NCBI GenBank assembly: GCA_965221695.1
Contig: OZ244905.1
Coordinates: forward strand, 64,001-128,000
Direction: 5' to 3'
Source: Gammaproteobacteria bacterium
GTDB lineage: Bacteria > Pseudomonadota > Gammaproteobacteria > Eutrophobiales > Eutrophobiaceae
DNA length: 64,000 nucleotides
Position 1 is the stretch's first letter. Each line of letters begins with the position of its first letter. The notes under the pieces were generated by a model, which saw only the letters and a list, made by a program, of their open reading frames with translations, was not told the origin of the DNA and made no database searches. A program made the translations under genes and the position numbers. This document shows positions 38,172 through 46,999 of this stretch, in pieces.

Positions 38172-41131
38172 ATAATACTCAACCGATGCGGCTTGCAACA
38201 TGCGGCAGCATAGACCGTGAAAAACCGTTGTCATTCACGTTCGATGGCAAACAATACAGCGGCTTCAAAGGGGATACCCTGGCATCGGCATTACTGGCAA
38301 ACGGGGTGCGCGTGGTGGGACGCAGTTTCAAGTATCATCGTCCCCGGGGGATACTCGCTGCCGGCGCTGAGGAGTGCAATGCACTGGTGACTGTGGGGCA
38401 GGGCGGCCTGGAGGAACCCAATATTCGTGCGACCTTACAACCGTTGTATGATGGCTTGACGGCGCGTAGCCAGAACTGCTGGCCCGGCGTAAAGTTCGAT
38501 ATTGGCCGCAGCCTTGATTACCTGCATTTTCTCTGGCCTGCCGGGTTTTACAACAAGACGTTTATCTGGCCTCACTGGCGCTGGTACGAGGGGTTTATCC
38601 GGCGCTTGTCGGGCCTGGGCAAGCTGCCGCCCGATGCAGACCCGGATCATTATGTACAGCATAATGTTCATTGTGATGTCCTGGTCGTAGGCGCCGGACC
38701 TGCCGGGCTGAGCGCCACGCTGGCAGCCAGTGAGCAGGGGTCCAAGGTCGTTCTTATTGAACAGGACAGCGTCCCGGGCGGCAGCCTGCTCTGGAGTGGA
38801 GAGAGCATTAACGGAACGCAAGCAAATACGTGGCTGCAAGACAGTGTACGCGTCTTACGGCAACGGGACAACGTTACTTTGTTGACCAATACCACGGCCT
38901 CAGCCTGGTTTGACCATCGTATGGTGATTGCGAGCGAGATGCTGAGTGACCGGCGCAGCGCAGCGGAGAGCAAAGGGCCGCGGCAGCGGCTATGGAAGGT
39001 CCATGCACGCGCGACGGTACTCGCCACAGGCGCTATTGAGCAGCCACTGGTGTTCGCCAATAATGACCGTCCCGGCATCATGCTGGCAAGCGCCGCGCAA
39101 CAGTATTGTAACCGCTACGCGGTGGCGACCGGGAAACGGATAGCCATAGCGACCAACAACGACAGCGCATATGGCGCTGCCCGGGCGCTGAGGGACGCAG
39201 GAATTGATGTGGTTGCGATAATCGACTCCCGGCGACAGCTCACAGAAAAAAGTGCACGGTTGATACAGGCTCAAGGCATGACGGTGTTTCATAACGCGCT
39301 GGCGCTGGATAGCCGCGGCGATAAAGGTGTACGCAGCGTAGCCGTTGCCAGGCGGGGCAGTACGCAAACGCTGGCGACGTTACAGTGTGACTGTGTCGCG
39401 ATGGCCGGAGGTTGGCAGCCGGCTGTTCATCTCTTTACCCAGGCGCGCGGCAGGTTGCGCTATGATGCCGCGCTGGGGGCGTTCATGCCGGATCAGGCTC
39501 CCGCCCATATGCACGTAGCAGGCATGGTGGCCGGCGCGCTGACCCTGGATAACGCCCTGGAGCAGGGCCGGGACGCCGGTCTCGCGGCCGTTGGGGACGG
39601 GCTACAAGGGCGAACCCGGACGCGCCGGAAGAACACCGGCGCGCTGCATATTGAACGCATCGACTGTGAACATCGCACCGATCGTCAGTGGATTGATTTT
39701 CAGTATGACGTGACCTTACAGGACATCGATATCGCAACGGCTGAGAACTATACCTCTGTTGAACACATGAAACGATATACTACCGCAGGCATGGCCGTGG
39801 ACCAGGGCAAGACCGCCAACCTGAACGCGTTACTGGCGCTGGCGCAACGCACCGGACGCACGCCGGACGAGGTGGGCGCCACCACTTTTCGTCCATTTTA
39901 CCTGCCGGTAACCCTGGGTGCGCTGGCCGGGCGCAACAGGGGTGATTTCTATGCCCCGGTGCGGCACAGCCCGCTGTTTTACTGCCAACAACAGGCAAAT
40001 GCCCTGTTTGATGATTATGGTGGCTGGCGCCGCCCCCGGGTTTACCTGCGCAAAGGTGAAAACGAACAACAAGCCGTTGCCAGGGAGGCCGTGGCCGCAC
40101 GTACTTCGGTTGTGATCTTTGACGGTTCGCCGTTGGGCAAATTCGAAGTATCCGGCCCGGATGCCGCCGAATTTCTGCACCGCGTTTACATCAATAACGT
40201 TACGTCATTGAAAACGGGCCGCGCCCGTTACGGCCTGATGCTGAATGAAAACGGCATTGTTATCGACGACGGCATTTTCGCCCGGATTTCCGCCAACGGA
40301 TACCTGGTGCACACCACCAGTGGCGGCGCTGACCGGATCCATGCCTGGATGGAAGCGCTGTTGCAGGGCGACTGGCCGGATTTGGACGTGATCCTGACCC
40401 CTGTTACCAGCCAATGGGCAAACATAGCCGTATCCGGTCCGCGGTCGAGAGAACTGGTGGAACGGCTGGAAACCGGTATCGATCTCGGCAATAACGGTAT
40501 GCCCCACCTGTCCGTTATGGCTGGAACAATCGGCGAAATTCCGCTACGCGTGCTAAGAGCCAGTTATACCGGTGAGTTGTGTTATGAACTCAATGTCCCC
40601 GCCGACCGCGGAGCAGCCTTGTGGAACCGGCTGTTGGAACGGGGAGATGACCTGGACCTGATGCCGATCGGAATCGAGACGCTGACGGTACTGAGAATCG
40701 AGAAGGGTTATCTGCACATCGGCAGTGATACCGACGGTGCGAGCACGCCGCGGGATATCGGTTGGGGCCATGTGACTGACAATAAACAGGGTGAATTTCT
40801 TGGTAAGCGCTCCCTGCTGCGTCCCTTTAATACACGTGACGGGCGTCTGGAATTCGTTGGTCTCACACCCGTGCGGGAAGGGGGTGAGCTGGTTGCCGGC
40901 GCGCATGTGATTGGCGTGCAATACACAAAAGCGCCGGCGCCCACCCAGGGCTACGTGACTTCCGCGTGTTACAGCCCCAACCTGAAGCGCTACGTGGGGC
41001 TCGGACTGGTTCAGGATGGCAGGAGCCGGCTGGATGAAACAGTGCACTTGTTTGATAACGGCAAGGTGTATCCCGCGCGTATTTCCCGGCCTGCCGCCTG
41101 GGACCCACAAGGAGACAGGTTGCATGTCTGA
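38168..41131 (+). CDS. soxA: Sarcosine oxidase subunit alpha
   Basis: GDTLASALLANG, RSFKYHRPRG, GAGPAGL, KRYTTAGM, GcvT-like C-terminus. Confidence 0.93.
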   Translation: MNNTQPMRLATCGSIDREKPLSFTFDGKQYSGFKGDTLASALLANGVRVVGRSFKYHRPRGILAAGAEECNALVTVGQGGLEEPNIRATLQPLYDGLTARSQNCWPGVKFDIGRSLDYLHFLWPAGFYNKTFIWPHWRWYEGFIRRLSGLGKLPPDADPDHYVQHNVHCDVLVVGAGPAGLSATLAASEQGSKVVLIEQDSVPGGSLLWSGESINGTQANTWLQDSVRVLRQRDNVTLLTNTTASAWFDHRMVIASEMLSDRRSAAESKGPRQRLWKVHARATVLATGAIEQPLVFANNDRPGIMLASAAQQYCNRYAVATGKRIAIATNNDSAYGAARALRDAGIDVVAIIDSRRQLTEKSARLIQAQGMTVFHNALALDSRGDKGVRSVAVARRGSTQTLATLQCDCVAMAGGWQPAVHLFTQARGRLRYDAALGAFMPDQAPAHMHVAGMVAGALTLDNALEQGRDAGLAAVGDGLQGRTRTRRKNTGALHIERIDCEHRTDRQWIDFQYDVTLQDIDIATAENYTSVEHMKRYTTAGMAVDQGKTANLNALLALAQRTGRTPDEVGATTFRPFYLPVTLGALAGRNRGDFYAPVRHSPLFYCQQQANALFDDYGGWRRPRVYLRKGENEQQAVAREAVAARTSVVIFDGSPLGKFEVSGPDAAEFLHRVYINNVTSLKTGRARYGLMLNENGIVIDDGIFARISANGYLVHTTSGGADRIHAWMEALLQGDWPDLDVILTPVTSQWANIAVSGPRSRELVERLETGIDLGNNGMPHLSVMAGTIGEIPLRVLRASYTGELCYELNVPADRGAALWNRLLERGDDLDLMPIGIETLTVLRIEKGYLHIGSDTDGASTPRDIGWGHVTDNKQGEFLGKRSLLRPFNTRDGRLEFVGLTPVREGGELVAGAHVIGVQYTKAPAPTQGYVTSACYSPNLKRYVGLGLVQDGRSRLDETVHLFDNGKVYPARISRPAAWDPQGDRLHV

Positions 41132-41684
41132 ACTGAATCCGTGTTACGCATTGCAGGGCAGTGATGGACAGACGCTGGTTTTGCAGACGGATCGCCTGGC
41201 GCTGCAGGCGGTTAACAATGTTCGCAAGCTGCGCTTGCAAGCCCGGCCGGACACGGAGATAAACCCGGCGCCGCTTGAAGCGTTACTGGGCATGGCATTA
41301 CCGCAAAACCCGCGGGAAAAGGTCAACCATGAGCCGGCAGCCTACTGGCTGGCCCCCAATGACTGGCTGCTGCTCGACCCGGCGCCGGCCGGCGGCAATA
41401 TCAGCAATGTATTGCGGGAAGCAGCCGGTGGCGCCACGTGCGTTGTCACCGATGTGAGTGATGCCTGGAGCATCATAGAGATTTCCGGCGCGGATGCCGC
41501 GGCAAAATTGGCGGAAGGCTGCTCGGTAGACCTCGATGACGATGCATTCCCGGTTGGCCGGTATGCTTTGACCCGGTTGCAGCGCCTATCGGTAATCATA
41601 CACAGACTGGACGACAGGTCAAAATTCCACCTCCTGGTTGACCGCAACCTGGCGCGTTTTCTCTGGGATTGGTTACGCATGTGA
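41124..41684 (+). CDS. soxG: Sarcosine oxidase subunit gamma
   Basis: WLAPNDWL, DVSD, GCSVDL...F, A.FLW.WL; ATG 41124 overlaps soxA end. Confidence 0.88.
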   Translation: MSELNPCYALQGSDGQTLVLQTDRLALQAVNNVRKLRLQARPDTEINPAPLEALLGMALPQNPREKVNHEPAAYWLAPNDWLLLDPAPAGGNISNVLREAAGGATCVVTDVSDAWSIIEISGADAAAKLAEGCSVDLDDDAFPVGRYALTRLQRLSVIIHRLDDRSKFHLLVDRNLARFLWDWLRM

Positions 41685-43960
41685 ACCGGGACAACGCACC
41701 GGTTTTCAAGGACCTGGTCCTGGTTGGTGGAGGCCACGCCCATGTCACGGTATTGAAAAAGTTTGCAATGAAACCGGTGCCCGGGGTGCGCATTACCCTG
41801 GTTTGCCGGGACTTGCAGGCGCCTTACTCCGGCATGTTGCCGGGATATATAGCCGGGCATTACCTATTTGACGACGCGCATATCGACCTGGTTCCGCTGT
41901 GCCGATTTGCCCGCGCCCGGTTTTTCCACGATGAAGTCATCGGTCTGGATACGGATAACAGGAAGCTGATCTGCCGCAGCCGCCCGCACCTGGGTTATGA
42001 CATTTTGTCGATTAACGTCGGCTCAGCGCCCGATATCGCCGCAGTCCCCGGCGCTGACGGCAAGGTTATTCCCGTAAAACCCATTGATGGTTTCGTCGGT
42101 AACTGGCGCAAACTGTGTACGCGGATGTTGCAACGTCAAAATGGCGCGCGCATCGGTATCGTCGGCGCCGGGGCGGGCGGCGTCGAACTGGCGCTTGCAG
42201 TTCAATACCGGCTGAAAGCATTGCTGACCGGGAAATGGCCGGATAATACAAGTCCTGAATTTCACTTGTTTACCGATGCCGGCGAGGTCCTTACAACACA
42301 TAACCGCAATGTGCGCGCCAAGTTCCGGCGCGTGCTTAACGAGCGGAACATTCACGTACATACAGGGCACGAGGTGACCGAAGTCAGGGCCGGTGTGCTG
42401 CAATGTGCAAACGGCGCTACTTTTCAACTGGATGAGATCCTGTGGGTGACCAGGGCCCGCGCCCAGGACTGGCCGGGGCAGGCCGGCTTGGATGTTGATG
42501 AACAGGGCTTTATCAAAGTCAACAATACTCTCGAGTCCGTCTCGCATCCCGGCATCTTTGCGGCCGGCGATATCGCGCATATGATTAACCATCCCCGGCC
42601 CAAGTCCGGTGTATTTGCCGTGCGCCAGGGAGCGCCGCTGTCACTGAATCTCCGCAACAGGTTGTTAAATCGCTCCCTCAAACCCTATTTTCCCCAGAGA
42701 GAGTTTCTGAGCCTGATTTCCACGGGTGATCAGTATGCCATCGCCTCACGCTCCTGGTGGGCGCTGGAAGGGCGCTGGGTGTGGCGCTGGAAGGACTGGA
42801 TTGATCGCCGCTTCATGTGCAAGTACAACCGGCTTCCGGAAATGAAGGAGCCGGCACGGCGGGATATTCCCCGCGGCGTAGCCGATAAGGATGCGATCAG
42901 GGAGATATCCGCCATTGCGATGCGCTGTGGCGGGTGTGGCGCCAAGGTGGGCGCGACAGTGCTTGAAAATGCATTGGCTGGCCTTGAACCGATCTCCCGG
43001 GACGATGTGCTTATCGGGTTGCACGAACCTGATGACGCCGCCGTGGCGAGTGTGCCGGCAGGCAAGGTAATAGTGCATACGGTCGATGCCTTCCGTTCAT
43101 TTATCGATGATCCGTACATCTTCGGACAAGTGGCGGCCAATCATGCGCTGAGCGATTTATTTGCGATGGGCGCACAGCCGCAAACGGCGCTGGCAATCGT
43201 GACCGTTCCCTACGCGGACGAAAAGAAGCTTGAAGAGCTGCTGTCGCACCTGCTGCAAGGCGCTCTCAAGGCGCTGAACGGGGCTGGCGCGGCGCTGGTA
43301 GGCGGGCATACCTCCGAAGGCGAGGAACTGTCCCTGGGATTCGCCGTGAACGGGTTGGTTGATCGGGAGCAGATCCTGCGCAAACGCGGCCTGCGTGCCG
43401 GCGACAGAATCGTGCTGACCAAGCCCATTGGCACCGGGACACTGTTTGCCGCCGATATGCGGCACAAGGCTAAAGGCGCTTGGATTACGGCCGCGCTGGA
43501 TTGTATGCTGCAATCAAACCGGGAAGCTGCCAAGCGCCTGTTTGCCCATGGCGCCGCGGCCTGTACGGACGTCACCGGCTTCGGCCTGTTGGGACACCTG
43601 GTGGAAATGATCAAGCCATCTGGTGTCGATGTCGAGATTGACCTGGGCGCGATTCCGTGTCTTGATGGCGCAGAAGAGACGATTGCAGCCGGCATTTTCA
43701 GTTCCCTGCAGCCCCAGAACCTGCGACTGCGCCGGGCGATACGTGACGCTGAGAACGTATCAAAAGATACTCGCTACCCGTTGATATTTGACCCGCAAAC
43801 ATCCGGCGGACTGCTTGCCGGCGTTCCCGCAGAACAGGCCGAAGCCTGTGTTACCGCGCTGCGTGAATTGGGCTATGCCCAAACTGCAATTATCGGCAGG
43901 GTATTGCCTGAGAGTAATAGGCTGGAACCGGTTAGGCTTTTAAAAGCACAGTCTGAGTAA
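41681..43960 (+). CDS. selD: Selenide,water dikinase fused to an N-terminal FAD-dependent oxidoreductase
   Basis: N-term GGGHAH, YSGMLPG, GAGAGG, FAAGD, KSGVFAVRQG; C-term MRCGGCGAKVG, DDAA, VGGHT, TDVTGFGLLGHL, DPQTSGGLL. Confidence 0.93.
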   Translation: MNRDNAPVFKDLVLVGGGHAHVTVLKKFAMKPVPGVRITLVCRDLQAPYSGMLPGYIAGHYLFDDAHIDLVPLCRFARARFFHDEVIGLDTDNRKLICRSRPHLGYDILSINVGSAPDIAAVPGADGKVIPVKPIDGFVGNWRKLCTRMLQRQNGARIGIVGAGAGGVELALAVQYRLKALLTGKWPDNTSPEFHLFTDAGEVLTTHNRNVRAKFRRVLNERNIHVHTGHEVTEVRAGVLQCANGATFQLDEILWVTRARAQDWPGQAGLDVDEQGFIKVNNTLESVSHPGIFAAGDIAHMINHPRPKSGVFAVRQGAPLSLNLRNRLLNRSLKPYFPQREFLSLISTGDQYAIASRSWWALEGRWVWRWKDWIDRRFMCKYNRLPEMKEPARRDIPRGVADKDAIREISAIAMRCGGCGAKVGATVLENALAGLEPISRDDVLIGLHEPDDAAVASVPAGKVIVHTVDAFRSFIDDPYIFGQVAANHALSDLFAMGAQPQTALAIVTVPYADEKKLEELLSHLLQGALKALNGAGAALVGGHTSEGEELSLGFAVNGLVDREQILRKRGLRAGDRIVLTKPIGTGTLFAADMRHKAKGAWITAALDCMLQSNREAAKRLFAHGAAACTDVTGFGLLGHLVEMIKPSGVDVEIDLGAIPCLDGAEETIAAGIFSSLQPQNLRLRRAIRDAENVSKDTRYPLIFDPQTSGGLLAGVPAEQAEACVTALRELGYAQTAIIGRVLPESNRLEPVRLLKAQSE

Positions 43961-43979
43961 AGGATAGTACATTTTAGGG

Positions 43980-44201
43980 CTAAGCTACATCACGCATAGG
44001 TCTTACCTGCGGCGTCGGCAGGGTACGCCCCTCCGATTGGAAATGTTGCAAAACATCATCAACCACTTGGCATAACTCGCCATACAGCGACATTGGATTA
44101 TCTCCATGAATTCCGGTGATCAAATCGGGGCATTTTCCAATGTAGACTTGGTCTTCTTCGCTCCATTCAACCCATTTATGATAACGATCGCTTATTTTCA
44201 T
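43980..44201 (-). CDS. hicB: HicB-like antitoxin (short form)
   Basis: VEWSEED..YIG.CPDL..GIHG RNase H-like fold; 4-nt overlap with hicA. Confidence 0.75.
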   Translation of the reverse strand: MKISDRYHKWVEWSEEDQVYIGKCPDLITGIHGDNPMSLYGELCQVVDDVLQHFQSEGRTLPTPQVRPMRDVA

Positions 44202-44401
44202 TCTTTGATTCTCTCAATAGCCTTTTCTACTTGTTGCAACTGGTAAGGTTTGGCGTCGTCTCCTGGTTTGCCACTGATTGTTACCGCGCCAGGAAAGCTC
44301 TGGTGGGTGAACTTTCTATGAGCTCCTTTCCCTCCGCCTCTGATCTCTTCAAATCTTGCATCTTTGAGCATTTTTATCAGGTTTCGTATCTTTTTTGGCA
44401 C
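44198..44401 (-). CDS. hicA: HicA family toxin
   Basis: GKGAHRKFTH...VTISG..GDDAKPYQ; GTG start assumed. Confidence 0.85.
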   Translation of the reverse strand: MPKKIRNLIKMLKDARFEEIRGGGKGAHRKFTHQSFPGAVTISGKPGDDAKPYQLQQVEKAIERIKE

Positions 44402-44469
44402 AACAAGTCTTGAAAGTTGACGAGGTTGAGATATCAAATATTATACAACGGTTGTGGCTCGTCAGGAAG

Positions 44470-45420
44470 TCATAGATTATCCAGTAGGGCCTGCCACAAC
44501 TTGCTTTCGCGTTCCGGGGTGAACAAGTGTTTGCGTTTGCTTCCGTGCTCGCGCAGATGTTGCAGGAATTCTTGCTCGTTTTCCGCCCGCTGTAACAACG
44601 CGCATAATGTTTCGGTGTCTGTTACCGGATAATAACCGGGGTAATCATCGCCGAGCAGGCCGGTATTGCCGTCGATCGCGGAGGCAATCACGGGAACGCC
44701 TGCGACCAGGGCTTCGGAAATGACATTCGCGCCGCCTTCCATGGTTGAACTGTGAACCAGTGCATGGGTCTTCAGAAACTGCTCTCTGACCTGCCAGGCG
44801 CTGACCTCGCCGCGCCAATGATAACGGGGATTGATTGCCATCTCCGCGCGCCCCCGTGCAGCCCATTCAGCATTTTGCGCGTTGCCAAGATGGATTACCC
44901 GCAGGCGCGACCGTTGTGCAAGATTGCGCGCGGCGTAAGCGGTTCTGAACGGGTCTTTCTCTGCGCGTAAATGGCCGATAACGCAGACGTCGAACGTGCG
45001 TACTGAGGGACGACGCGGGCGCGCCGGCGGCGTTGCCGATTGATGGATAACATGCAGTTTGTCGTGGAATGAAGCCGGGAGCGCCCGATGTGCAAGGTCA
45101 TGCAGGCAGACCAGTGCATCGGCGGTCTGCATCGAACCCAGGGTTTCCTCCGCGTGACTGTATTGGAAGCGATAAATATCCGTTCCGGTCAGCGCAACCA
45201 CCAGCGGGTGGGTCGGATAGCGCGTACGAAAGCGCGCGATCGAAGTGGCGCTGCGCCAGGCATGCAATGCCACCATCATATCACCAGGCATCCCATCCCA
45301 GTCGGATTGTACTGATACCCTGTGGCCAATACCTCGCAGCAGTCGCGCCCAACGCGTTGCGGTCACGCGATTGCCCGTCTTCGATTGTTTTGTTGCGGGC
45401 GTGATCAGGATAATTTTCAT
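44470..45420 (-). CDS. senB: Selenosugar synthase (selenoneine pathway glycosyltransferase)
   Basis: ITP....GNRVTA.RWA, ALHAWRSA.SI, LTGTDIY, GHLR.EKDP, MEGGANV.SEA; next to senA and selD. Confidence 0.88.
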   Translation of the reverse strand: MKIILITPATKQSKTGNRVTATRWARLLRGIGHRVSVQSDWDGMPGDMMVALHAWRSATSIARFRTRYPTHPLVVALTGTDIYRFQYSHAEETLGSMQTADALVCLHDLAHRALPASFHDKLHVIHQSATPPARPRRPSVRTFDVCVIGHLRAEKDPFRTAYAARNLAQRSRLRVIHLGNAQNAEWAARGRAEMAINPRYHWRGEVSAWQVREQFLKTHALVHSSTMEGGANVISEALVAGVPVIASAIDGNTGLLGDDYPGYYPVTDTETLCALLQRAENEQEFLQHLREHGSKRKHLFTPERESKLWQALLDNL

Positions 45421-45549
45421 CCGCTGCGCACTGTCTGATGGCATTATTGTCAACAGGTTATCATAACTCCTCGGCAGTAACTCTCTATCCTGCGATGAAG
45501 CGAATGCGGTGAAGCGAATTGGTGACTGGTTCGGCTTGAGCTACAATAA

Positions 45550-46860
45550 ATGACGATGCAACAGCTAAGCGGCAAATATTTAAAGGAAATCATGCTGGAT
45601 GCCCATCAGCGTACGCTGGAGTTGATCGCTGGTCTTGATGACGCGCAGTTGATGGGGCCAAAGTTGCCCATCGTCAATCCGTTGCGCTGGGAAATAGGGC
45701 ATGTTGCCTGGTTTCATGAAAAGTTTATCTTACGCGATTTGTATGATTGCCCGCCGTTGCTGGCAAACGGTGATTCCCTCTATGATTCCATTGCCATCGA
45801 TCACGATCAGCGCTGGGATTTACCGTTGTTGAGCATGCGGGAGACGCTGGACTATATCCGGAACGTCCTGGACCACTGCCTGGCGCGGTTGCCGGATGGC
45901 GCGGCAGACCCGGAACAGAGTTATATCTACCGGTTTTCCACCTACCACGAGGACATGCATACCGAGGCCTATTGCTGGTCGCGCCAGACCCTGGCCTACC
46001 CGCAGCCCGCTTTTGCCGTTGCAGGCAAACCGGAGGATGCGGGCGCCGGGGCCTGGTCTGGGGATGTGGCGATCCCAGGCGGGGTGTTTTCTCCGGGCGC
46101 GGAGGAAGCGACGCCGTTTGTGTTTGATAACGAGAAATGGGCGCACGAGATAACCCTGGAACCGTTTCAGATAGCAAAAGCGCCGGTGACCAATGCCGAG
46201 TTCACGGAATTTGTCGCTGCCGGGGGCTACCTGTGCCGGGAGTTCTGGAGTGATGCAGGCTGGTCCTGGCGCAAGCAAGCCGACGCCCGGCATCCCGTAT
46301 ACTGGCAGAACGGCGGCAAGGATGCGTGGCGGTTGAGGTGGTTTGATGACATCGGGGAACTGCAGCCGCATCAGCCTGTTATCCATGTCAACTGGCATGA
46401 GGCCAATGCGTACTGCCGTTGGGCAGGCAGGCGTTTGCCGACGGAAGCGGAGTGGGAAGCGGCGGCGTTGGGCGAACCTGCCGATGACCACGGCAGGCTT
46501 GCTTTGAAGAAACGCAGTTACCCGTGGGGGGAACAACCTCCTGGTGAACTTCATGCCAATCTTGATGGCCGAGCGCTGGGCTGTGTCGATGTCGCATCCC
46601 TGCCGGCGGGGGACAGCGCGCTCGGCTGCCGGCAGATGCTAGGCAACGTATGGGAATGGACCGCATCCACGTTTGCGCCGTTCCCGGGCTTTTCGCCGGA
46701 TGCCTACAAAGAATATTCCGAACCGCTGTTTTATCACACGAAAGTATTGAAGGGTGGCGCCTGGGCTACCCGGAGCCGGATGATAACAGGCCGCTACCGT
46801 AATTTTTTCACGCCTGACCGGCGCGATGTGCTCGCGGGTTTCAGAACTTGTGCGCTTTAA
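45550..46860 (+). CDS. senA: Selenoneine synthase (EgtB-like DinB + FGE-sulfatase domains)
   Basis: NPLRWEIGHVAWF, HEDMHTEA metal motif, FDNE, RLPTEAEWE, GNVWEW, YRNFF..RRD..AGFR; context with senB/selD. Confidence 0.85.
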   Translation: MTMQQLSGKYLKEIMLDAHQRTLELIAGLDDAQLMGPKLPIVNPLRWEIGHVAWFHEKFILRDLYDCPPLLANGDSLYDSIAIDHDQRWDLPLLSMRETLDYIRNVLDHCLARLPDGAADPEQSYIYRFSTYHEDMHTEAYCWSRQTLAYPQPAFAVAGKPEDAGAGAWSGDVAIPGGVFSPGAEEATPFVFDNEKWAHEITLEPFQIAKAPVTNAEFTEFVAAGGYLCREFWSDAGWSWRKQADARHPVYWQNGGKDAWRLRWFDDIGELQPHQPVIHVNWHEANAYCRWAGRRLPTEAEWEAAALGEPADDHGRLALKKRSYPWGEQPPGELHANLDGRALGCVDVASLPAGDSALGCRQMLGNVWEWTASTFAPFPGFSPDAYKEYSEPLFYHTKVLKGGAWATRSRMITGRYRNFFTPDRRDVLAGFRTCAL

Positions 46861-46873
46861 CCTGTAAGCGATT

Positions 46874-46963
46874 ATCACTCCCGCAGCAGCGGGAGTCCTG
46901 TCAAACCCGGTGTCGCTCAATGAGCGACGGTTTATTCACTGGATTCCCGTTTGCACGGGAATG
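46874..46963. repeat. REP/BIME-like cluster of three hairpins
   Basis: ACTCCCGC-AGCA-GCGGGAGT, GTCGCTC-AAT-GAGCGAC, ATTCCCGT-TTGC-ACGGGAAT between senA and selA. Confidence 0.6.
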
Positions 46964-46999
46964 GAGTTGGGCGCAGTACAGTTGGCATAACATACATAT

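Noticed and set aside
42920-42950. Selenocysteine in the SelD active site
   Set aside because: The motif is encoded TGT GGC GGG TGT (CGGC) with no UGA
45550-46860. Calling this gene ergothioneine synthase egtB
   Set aside because: The NPxxWExGH and HEDMH motifs, adjacency to senB/selD and no adjacent egtD favour SenA
46861-46999. Possible tRNA-Sec (selC) upstream of selA
   Set aside because: No acceptor stem, UCA anticodon arm, TTCGA T-loop or CCA end; the hairpins look REP-like
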